64,000 nt of DNA from Pseudomonadota bacterium (GTDB lineage Bacteria > Bdellovibrionota_B > Oligoflexia > Oligoflexales > CAIYRB01), in the NCBI GenBank assembly GCA_031416315.1, contig JANOTL010000061.1, forward strand, positions 1 to 64,000, given 5' to 3'. A program made the translations under genes and the position numbers. Under the pieces are notes generated by a model. It saw nothing but the letters and a program-made list of their open reading frames with translations, ran no database searches and was not told where the DNA came from. This document shows positions 57,240 through 64,000 of this stretch, one piece after another. The first letter of the stretch is position 1, and each line of letters opens with the position of its first letter.

Positions 57240-58013
57240 TCAGCTGCGCCGGTGCACCTTGTGAACGGCCGCCTGATCGACCGGCATCACGATGACGTGA
57301 TCGATGTTCACGTGCGCCGGACGCGTGGCGCAGAAGAGCGCGCACTCGGCGACGTCTCTTCCCGACAGCGGCGTCATGCCATCGTAGACGGCCTTCGCGC
57401 GGTCCTCGTCCTTAAGGCGTACGACGCTGAATTCCGTCTCCACCATGCCGGGATCGATCTCGCTCACGCGCAAGGGCGTCCCGTTCAGCTCGAGGCGCAA
57501 GGCACCGGTGATCGCCTTCACCGCATGCTTCGTGCCCGCATACATCGCGCCGTTCGCATAGGTGTAGAAGCCGGCGATCGAGCCCATGTTGATGACGTGC
57601 CCGGCCTTCTGCGCCAGCATCGTCGGCAAGACCCGTCGCGTCAGCCGTAAGAGCCCGTAGACGTTTGTCTCGAGCATGGCGCGCCAGTCCTCGTCCTTGC
57701 CGGTCACCACGGGGTCGAGCCCGGCCGCGAGCCCGGCATTGTTCAGCAGAACGTCGATTCTTCCGTATTTCGCCAGCACGGCGTCCGTAAAGCGTCCGAC
57801 CGAGTCCTCGTCGGTGACGTCGAGCTCCAGCGTCAGGACGTCCTTGGCCCCCGCCTTCTTCAGACTTGGAGCCTGCTCGACGAGCCGGGAGAGACGTCTC
57901 GCGCCGAGCGCAAGCGTCGCCCCGTGCTCGGCGAAGAGCTGGGCGCAGGCCGTACCGATGCCGGCCGAGGCGCCGCTAATGACCACCACTTTGCCGGCAA
58001 GGGAGAAGGCCAT
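57240..58013 (-). CDS. Short-chain dehydrogenase (YdfG-like)
   Basis: SGASAGIG, NNAG, GSIAG, YAGTK, PGMVETEFS. Confidence 0.92.
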   Translation of the reverse strand: MAFSLAGKVVVISGASAGIGTACAQLFAEHGATLALGARRLSRLVEQAPSLKKAGAKDVLTLELDVTDEDSVGRFTDAVLAKYGRIDVLLNNAGLAAGLDPVVTGKDEDWRAMLETNVYGLLRLTRRVLPTMLAQKAGHVINMGSIAGFYTYANGAMYAGTKHAVKAITGALRLELNGTPLRVSEIDPGMVETEFSVVRLKDEDRAKAVYDGMTPLSGRDVAECALFCATRPAHVNIDHVIVMPVDQAAVHKVHRRS

Positions 58014-58016
58014 CGC

Positions 58017-59195
58017 TTACTTGCGTCCCACCTGCACGGCTCGGTCCGGGCCTTCGCCGACCGAGTTGCTGGTGAAGCCCATGTCGATCGCTTTCTGATG
58101 CTGAATGCGACGGTAGAAGCTGTTCGTCGGCTTTAACGTCACGTGATCCAGCGACTTGTCGCTCGACAGCGTCTTGATCGCGCCGTCGACTTCCGCGAGG
58201 GCGACGTCCGTCAAGCGATTGGTCTCTTCGACGTCGTGGCTCTTCGGTCCGCGATCGTCGCGCGGGCCACGGTCGCGGCGCGGGCCGCGGTCACCGCCTC
58301 CGCCTCCGCCACGCGGACCGCGGTCTTCGCGCGGGCCGCGGTCTTCGCGCGGGCCGCGGTCTTCGCGCGGGCCGCGGTCGCCGGCGCCTTCGAAGTTGCC
58401 ACCTTCGCGCGGCGCACGATCGCCGCCTTCGTTCCCGCCTTCACGCGGTGCGGCGCTTGCTTCGCGATCCTCGCGCGGCGGCGGCCGGTCGCCGCCTCCG
58501 CCTTCACGTCGCGGCGGCCTGCTGTCACGCGCGCCGCCGCCTGGGCCGCCGCGCCCGCGGTCACGATCGCCACCGCGACCGCGATCCCCGCCTGGTCCGC
58601 CACGGCCGAAGCGTCCACCGCCCCCCGGCCCGTCACGACGCGGCATCGGAGGTGCATACTTGCCGACCGGCGGGCGACTGCCCGGCTCGAACTTCTCGAT
58701 GATCTCGGAGCCGTACGACCACTGCATGTAACGCAAGATGAGATGACCCTGCGTCGGGAAGGTCGACGTGATCGCCGCGGCGATTTCGTCCCAAAACGGA
58801 TCGCGCTCGCCTTTGGCGACGTAGCCTGGCAGCGGCTTGTTGTTCTGTTTTTGGTAGTACGCCGCAAGGTCGCGCGTCAGTGCGGTCACTTTCGGCACGA
58901 AAAGATGCAGGCGCTCATAGTCGACCGGCAGCTTTTCCGAGAGCTCCGCGAACTCACCGCGATACCAGCTCAGGAGGCCGCGCACGTCGCCGCCGCCTTC
59001 GTAACGGATCGCATGGTCCGGATTGCCAGGGCTCGCGCGCAGAAGTCGCTCGTGCTCGAGGCAGGAGTATAGGAAAAGGTCGGTCGCGACCTCCTTTCCC
59101 AGAGCTTCTTGCACTTGTTGGCGCGCGGTAATGCGCGGCGGCTCCGGTTGGACCGGCACGTCGGCTTCGACTTGATTCCCGAGATTCTCTTCCAC
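58017..59195 (-). CDS. R3H-domain protein with long RG/RGG-rich low-complexity region
   Basis: C-terminal PTNSFYRRIQH...SVGEGPDRAV (R3H); GTG 59195 follows AAGGGG. Confidence 0.75.
   Translation of the reverse strand: MEENLGNQVEADVPVQPEPPRITARQQVQEALGKEVATDLFLYSCLEHERLLRASPGNPDHAIRYEGGGDVRGLLSWYRGEFAELSEKLPVDYERLHLFVPKVTALTRDLAAYYQKQNNKPLPGYVAKGERDPFWDEIAAAITSTFPTQGHLILRYMQWSYGSEIIEKFEPGSRPPVGKYAPPMPRRDGPGGGGRFGRGGPGGDRGRGGDRDRGRGGPGGGARDSRPPRREGGGGDRPPPREDREASAAPREGGNEGGDRAPREGGNFEGAGDRGPREDRGPREDRGPREDRGPRGGGGGGDRGPRRDRGPRDDRGPKSHDVEETNRLTDVALAEVDGAIKTLSSDKSLDHVTLKPTNSFYRRIQHQKAIDMGFTSNSVGEGPDRAVQVGRK
58321..58374 (-). repeat. Three exact 18-nt tandem repeats encoding RGPRED
   Basis: CGGTCTTCGCGCGGGCCG x3 on the + strand. 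Confidence 0.9.
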
Positions 59196-59204
59196 GATGT
59201 CCCC

Positions 59205-60416
59205 TTAGACCATGAGCGCGTCGACGGTCGTACCGGCCGCGAGGTTCGCGGATCCTTCCGGCAACTCGACATAGGCTTCGAGCCCAATCGAGGGCGCAAG
59301 CTCGGCCGAGCCTTGCTTGCGTCCAACCCACGCTTTGAGATTATGCGGTGCGCCGTTCACTTCGGCGCGGAAAAAGCAGCGGAGATCGACCGGCTTGGCG
59401 ACCGCGTTCGAGAGCTCGACCTTGACCCGGCGGCCCTCGCCTCGTCCAGTCATCGCTTGGATCAGAGGGCGCGCGAAGAAATGCCACCCGACGCAGGTCG
59501 AGATCGCATTGCCCGGCAGGCCCAGCCACGCGACCCGGCCGCGGGTCGCAAAATAAACTGGTTTCCCAGGTCGAATCGCGACCTTATGAATATGCGCCCG
59601 GAAGCCCAACTGGGCTCCCACCTGCGGCAGGAAATCGCGCTCGCCGGCGCTCACGGCCCCTGTGGTTAGGATCAGGGTGCGACGGTCGCGAGCCGCGAGC
59701 TTCTCGATTGCGGCGGCGGCGAGGTCGGCTTCGTCCCGCAGGGTCTCCCGGCACACTACGGGAAGACCCAAGGATCTCGCGGCTGCCGTTAGAAAGTGGC
59801 GGCTCGAGTTGTAGAGGGTCCCCGGCGCGAGCGTCGTCCCCGGCTCGGCCAACTCGTCTCCCGTCGAGAGGATCGCGACGTCTAGGTCTTCCTCGACTGC
59901 GAGGCGGCCGTGTCCGAAGGCCGCACACACCATGAGCCGCTCGGCGTCGAGGCGCGTCCCCTTCTTCAGGAGGAGGGCGCCGGCTTGGAGGTCCTCTCCG
60001 CGACGGCGGACGCTCGAGCCGACGGGCGGGACGTCGGAGAACGTCACGGTGTCGCCGCTGACCGTAGCTTTCTCCACTTGGACGACGGTGTCGGCCCATT
60101 CCGGAACCATGGCGCCGGTCATGATGCGCACGCAGGTGCCGGGCGAATAACTCGGAACCTGATGCGCCTCCATCGCCTGCGCGAAGATCGAAGCGCCGAC
60201 CTTTAAGGGTCCCTTCAAGGCGTCGTCGCGCTTCATCGCGAAGCCGTCCATCGCCGAGTTGGTGAACGGCGGCGAATCGATCGTCGCGTGGAGGTCGACC
60301 GCGAGGCGGCGGCCGAAGGCATCGTCGAGGGCCAAGGTCTCCGCGCGCGTCTCGATGAGCGCGCCTTGGGCGCGCAGAATCTCGAGTGCTTCGGCGTACG
60401 TCCTCAGTCCACTCAT
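59205..60416 (-). CDS. moeA: Molybdopterin molybdotransferase
   Basis: PPFTNSAMDGFA, IMTGA, STGDEL, TTGAVSAGERD, RPGKP, LPGN. Confidence 0.93.
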   Translation of the reverse strand: MSGLRTYAEALEILRAQGALIETRAETLALDDAFGRRLAVDLHATIDSPPFTNSAMDGFAMKRDDALKGPLKVGASIFAQAMEAHQVPSYSPGTCVRIMTGAMVPEWADTVVQVEKATVSGDTVTFSDVPPVGSSVRRRGEDLQAGALLLKKGTRLDAERLMVCAAFGHGRLAVEEDLDVAILSTGDELAEPGTTLAPGTLYNSSRHFLTAAARSLGLPVVCRETLRDEADLAAAAIEKLAARDRRTLILTTGAVSAGERDFLPQVGAQLGFRAHIHKVAIRPGKPVYFATRGRVAWLGLPGNAISTCVGWHFFARPLIQAMTGRGEGRRVKVELSNAVAKPVDLRCFFRAEVNGAPHNLKAWVGRKQGSAELAPSIGLEAYVELPEGSANLAAGTTVDALMV

Positions 60417-60907
60417 GCGTCCACCTTCCGGCGGTGCGAGCACTCGTTGTGAACTGCCTTGAGGGCGTGATCGAGAAGGTCCTTCAGGATGTCGAGCTGC
60501 TCGACGACGGCCTTTGGATTCCCAGGCAGGCCAAGGATCAGGACGCCGTCCTTCACCCAGCCGCCGCAACGGCTGAGGTAGGCGTTGAGGGAGTACTTCA
60601 AGCTTTCGCGGCGCAGGAGCTCGCCAAAGCCCGGGATGCCGTAGTCGGCGAGTCGGTCGAGCGTCTGCGGCGTGATGTCGCGGGGGGAGAGCCCGGTGCC
60701 ACCGGAGACGACGACCATGTCCGCGCCCCGCCGGATGGCGTCGAGCACGGTCTCGGTCAGAGCGGCCGGATCGTCTGGAACGACGTGCGGTCCGTCGACC
60801 TCGAACTTCGCATCGGCGAGCCAAGCCTTGGCGGCAGGGCCGCTTTTGTCCTCATATGTTCCGCTGTGAGCGCGGTCGGAGGAGACGATGACGGCCGCCT
60901 TTTTCAT
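60413..60907 (-). CDS. Molybdopterin adenylyltransferase (MogA/MoaB family)
   Basis: SDR...DKSG, VPDD, GGTGLSPRDITP, PGFGE, LPGNP. Confidence 0.9.
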   Translation of the reverse strand: MKKAAVIVSSDRAHSGTYEDKSGPAAKAWLADAKFEVDGPHVVPDDPAALTETVLDAIRRGADMVVVSGGTGLSPRDITPQTLDRLADYGIPGFGELLRRESLKYSLNAYLSRCGGWVKDGVLILGLPGNPKAVVEQLDILKDLLDHALKAVHNECSHRRKVDA

Positions 60908-61371
60908 CGGCGCCACGCGCCGGCTTTGCCGCCGTCCTTCTCGTGCAGCTGGAACGGTCCAAGCGTCGCGCCCGGATCGACCGCTTTGATCATGTCGTAA
61001 ATGACGGTGGCCGCGATCTGCGTCGCGCATAAGGCTTCCATCTCGACTCCGGTTTGCGCGTTGGTCTTGGCCCGCGCCGCAATGGAGAAGGTACCTTCGG
61101 AGGCGTCGAAATGGACAACGACATCGACGCCGGCCAGGGCGATTTGATGACAGAGGGGAACGAGCAGGTGCGTCTGCTTCGCAGCTTGGATGCCGGCGAT
61201 GCGCGCCACGCGCGAGATCTCTTGGATCGAATCGGCGGTGAGCTTGCGCGCACAGTCGGCAGAGACCGTGACGAGGCCGCGCACCAAAGCAGTGCGAAGG
61301 CTTGCGCCTTTACCGGAGACGTCGACCATGGCGGCCTCCCCGGTGGCGCTCAAGTGAGAGAAGTCGCCCAT
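60904..61371 (-). CDS. moaC: Cyclic pyranopterin monophosphate synthase
   Basis: SH...MVDVSGK, AAKQT..LVPLCH, TGVEMEAL, YDMIKAVD. Confidence 0.95.
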   Translation of the reverse strand: MGDFSHLSATGEAAMVDVSGKGASLRTALVRGLVTVSADCARKLTADSIQEISRVARIAGIQAAKQTHLLVPLCHQIALAGVDVVVHFDASEGTFSIAARAKTNAQTGVEMEALCATQIAATVIYDMIKAVDPGATLGPFQLHEKDGGKAGAWRR

Positions 61372-61383
61372 GAATCGGACGCC

Positions 61384-62997
61384 TTAGCCGCCAATGGTTC
61401 GAAAGGTCGCGACGTTGCCGACCTGCCCGGCCTCGAGATAATGCCGTTCGGGCTTCGTACCAATAATCGCCCTCACGTTCAAGGCGACAGCCGCGGGTGA
61501 GGCGAGGTCGAGTGGAATGTCGTTGTCCCCGAACAGGCAGAGCTTCAAGCGGCCCTTGGCCGTGATCCGTAAGCGATTGCATTTGCTGCAGAAATTGCAG
61601 GACATCGGATTGATAAGCCCGATCCGGCCCGGATGCGCGGCGCTGCCGTAATCGGTCGCCGGCCCGCGTAGATCCGGAATCGTCGTCTTAGGATCGAGGC
61701 GGCCGAGCCCCCGGGCCGCCAGGAGCGGCTCGATCTCGGTGCCGAGGACCCGCTCGGGGCCTGAGAAGCTGCCGTTGAGCTTCGTCTCCATCAGCTCGAT
61801 GAAGCGGAGCGTCAGGGGAAGCGCGAGGGCCCAGTCGATCAGGCTCGCGATGTTTTCCGAGTCGCCGTTCTTCGTCCGTAGGAGGACGGTGTTCACTTTG
61901 ACGTCCAGGCCGCGCGCGCACGCCGTCTCGATGACGGCTCGGACCTTGTCGACTTCTTTACTCTGGGTGACGGCGCGAAAGCGCTTCTCATCGAGAGCAT
62001 CGAGGCTGACGTTCAGTTGGTTGAGACCGGCGTCGATCCAGCGATCGATGTCCGGCATGAGGAGGCCGTTGGTGGTCATCGCGATGCGCTCGTAGCCGAT
62101 GCGGCGGGCGAGCTTCACGGTTTCAAGGCAGGCCGGGTGCACGGTCGGCTCACCCCCGGTCAGGCGCACCTTGCGGAAGCCGAGCTGCCGAAACCCGCGG
62201 AGCATCGTTTCGATGTCCTTGGCGTTCAGGCGCGCCTTGTGGCGATACCATTCGGGAAAGCCTTCCGGCAGGCAGTAGGTGCAAGACAAGTTGCACGCTT
62301 CCGTCAGCGAGAACCGCAAGTAGTGCAGCCGACGCTTGAACGGATCGAAGAGCGGCTCGCCGAAATAGGCGGCGAGCTCTTCCTTGGTGTTGCCGTTGAA
62401 AGCGAGCTCCTCAGTGAACTCACCGGCCGGTACGAGCTTCGCATCGAGGGCGAGGAGCGCGGAGCGAACGCCGTAGCTCCCGGCTTCCACGAGGGCAGCT
62501 AGATGCTCGAGGCTCGCCTTAGGCCAGACCGAGGGATACGGGAGTGGTTGGCCGTCGGCGTCCGCGTAGGCGCATGCGCGTGCTTCGAGAAGGCGGCCCA
62601 GATGGACTGGACGTACGCCGACTTGGTCGACGGGCAAAACGACGAGGCGATCGGTCTCAGAAAAGTGCAATGCGGTCTGCAGACCCGCGATCGTCGCATG
62701 CGGCAGCACGCGACCCGCGCTAGCCATCACGTCCTGATCGGAGACGACTTTGACAGTGCTGAGCTCGAAGTCCTCGAGGGTCGTCTCGAGGACCTCCCGA
62801 TAGGCGGCCGCCTGAGCATGGTCGCGGACCACGACGAGGACCTTCTTGAACAAGGGCCCGTTCAAACGGACGGCGCGGCTGACGAGCGGCTCGTCGCCCA
62901 GAGGTTGATAGAGACCCTTGTCACTGCCAAGGCGCGCCGAGCGCCCGCCGCATAGGACGGCGAGCGTGACGTCGTGTTCTTGGAAGAGCTTGCTCAA
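61384..62997 (-). CDS. moaA: MobA-like NTP-transferase fused to GTP 3',8-cyclase MoaA
   Basis: N-terminal LCGGRSARLGSDK and PVD; C-terminal CNLSCTYC, TGGEP, FCSKCNRLR..C, terminal IGG. Confidence 0.9.
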   Translation of the reverse strand: MSKLFQEHDVTLAVLCGGRSARLGSDKGLYQPLGDEPLVSRAVRLNGPLFKKVLVVVRDHAQAAAYREVLETTLEDFELSTVKVVSDQDVMASAGRVLPHATIAGLQTALHFSETDRLVVLPVDQVGVRPVHLGRLLEARACAYADADGQPLPYPSVWPKASLEHLAALVEAGSYGVRSALLALDAKLVPAGEFTEELAFNGNTKEELAAYFGEPLFDPFKRRLHYLRFSLTEACNLSCTYCLPEGFPEWYRHKARLNAKDIETMLRGFRQLGFRKVRLTGGEPTVHPACLETVKLARRIGYERIAMTTNGLLMPDIDRWIDAGLNQLNVSLDALDEKRFRAVTQSKEVDKVRAVIETACARGLDVKVNTVLLRTKNGDSENIASLIDWALALPLTLRFIELMETKLNGSFSGPERVLGTEIEPLLAARGLGRLDPKTTIPDLRGPATDYGSAAHPGRIGLINPMSCNFCSKCNRLRITAKGRLKLCLFGDNDIPLDLASPAAVALNVRAIIGTKPERHYLEAGQVGNVATFRTIGG

Positions 62998-63013
62998 AGG
63001 ACTACCGTCGGAA

Positions 63014-63319
63014 TCAGGAATCCAGCTTGACGCTTAGGAGGCCGCCGCAGAGGTAATACGCGGGTTTCTGCGTCCAGCGTGCGACGATCTCGGCCGCTTG
63101 GAAGCTGCGCATGCCGGAGCGACAGTAGAAGATCACGGGCTTTGTCGTGTCGAGGCGGCTCGATAGCTCCGAGAGACGCGACAACGGCAGCTTCACGTCG
63201 CTGGCGATCTCACAGTCTTCTTCGCGACTGTCTTCAGCCTCACGCACGTCGATGACAAGCGCGCCTTGCGACACGAGGGACTGCAGCTCACCGATGTAGA
63301 CTTCGATCGTCTCACTCAT
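63014..63319 (-). CDS. Single-domain rhodanese
   Basis: IDVRE, YCRSGMRS, LCGG. Confidence 0.85.
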   Translation of the reverse strand: MSETIEVYIGELQSLVSQGALVIDVREAEDSREEDCEIASDVKLPLSRLSELSSRLDTTKPVIFYCRSGMRSFQAAEIVARWTQKPAYYLCGGLLSVKLDS

Positions 63320-63780
63320 GGATGTTGGTGCCCCTCGTGATCGTGATCGGGCGATACATGGTCGTGGCACTGCGTCCACTCCGTGCTCCCGTCATCGTAG
63401 TACTCTTTTTTCCAGATAGGAACGCGCGCCTTGAGCTGGTCAATGACGAAGCGGCAGCCTTCGAAGGCTTCGCGGCGGTGACGCGAGAGCACCTGGATCA
63501 TCACGGCAGGCTCGCCGATCTCAAGGGAACCCTTACGGTGAACCGCGCGGACGAAGCCGAGCTTGAACCGCTCTGCGGCGGTCTCGCAGATGCGCGTCAG
63601 CTCCTTCAGCGCCAGCTCGTCGTAGGTCTCGTAGTCGAGCCGACGGACTTTTTTGCCGTGATTGATGTCACGGATGTGGCCCTCGAAGCAGACGTAGCCG
63701 CCGCTGTCCGGGTGTTCGGGGAGATTGGCGCGCAAGGCGCGCGTGTCGATCGGCTCGGCGGTGATGGCGACATCGATCAT
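63316..63780 (-). CDS. moaE: Molybdopterin synthase catalytic subunit
   Basis: FEGHIR, HRKG.L, HRREAF, LKARVPIWKKE; His-rich tail. Confidence 0.93.
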   Translation of the reverse strand: MIDVAITAEPIDTRALRANLPEHPDSGGYVCFEGHIRDINHGKKVRRLDYETYDELALKELTRICETAAERFKLGFVRAVHRKGSLEIGEPAVMIQVLSRHRREAFEGCRFVIDQLKARVPIWKKEYYDDGSTEWTQCHDHVSPDHDHEGHQHP

Positions 63781-63781
63781 C

Positions 63782-64000
63782 TCAGCCCCCCGAGACGGGC
63801 GGAATGAAGGCGACCTTGTCGCCGTCATTCAACGGCTGGTCGAACTTCGCGAACTCATCGTTCACGGCGACGCGGATGTCCTTCAGTCCGAGCGGGAACG
63901 CGTATTTTTCAGCGAGCATGCCGTAGAGGTCCGAAGCTCTCGCGCCGGCGGCGACGGTGAGCTCTTCACTTTGCTTGCCTGAGCAGTCTTTGAGCACGGC
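63782..64000 (-). CDS. moaD: Molybdopterin synthase sulfur carrier (5' end outside the window)
   Basis: VAVNDEF...GDKVAFIPPVSGG with terminal GG. Confidence 0.92.
   Translation of the reverse strand, partial: AVLKDCSGKQSEELTVAAGARASDLYGMLAEKYAFPLGLKDIRVAVNDEFAKFDQPLNDGDKVAFIPPVSGG

Noticed and set aside
58321..58374. Tandem repeats as a possible CRISPR array
   Set aside because: No spacers, in-frame coding repeats, and no cas genes in the window.

Overview
GC-rich, densely coding bacterial chromosomal segment with about 50 CDSs and no rRNA, tRNA, CRISPR array, integrase or transposase that I can recognise. Gene content (scpA-scpB-rluB, rny-ymdB, pal, many secreted Cys-rich proteins and lipoproteins, a STAS-Zn-ribbon protein, sigma28-like promoters) suggests a diderm, probably Bdellovibrionota/Oligoflexia or a related deltaproteobacterial lineage; this is inference only. 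Recognisable housekeeping genes are trmFO (partial), psd, dapA/dapB, ymdB, rny, pal, mpl, ldcA, a CopA-type ATPase, ddl, lspA, a ClpC-like ATPase, an Slt-like transglycosylase, queA, an MpaA-like peptidase, scpAB, rluB, dppA and a molybdenum cofactor operon (moaD-moaE-rhodanese-mobA/moaA fusion-moaC-mogA/moaB-moeA). The most unusual items are: (1) an argininosuccinate-lyase-like protein lacking its catalytic motifs, fused to a C-terminal LptM/LppL-like lipoprotein tail that has a possible internal start; (2) a pyruvate kinase homologue with a remodelled active site; (3) a four-gene signalling module (CheY, CheZ-like protein, orphan solute-binding protein, membrane PP2C phosphatase) behind sigma28-like promoters; (4) a LuxE-LuxC single-chain fusion without luxAB; (5) a scattered set of sigma28-type promoters, some apparently driving leaderless mRNAs. 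All family calls come from motif recognition by eye; no database searches were run.
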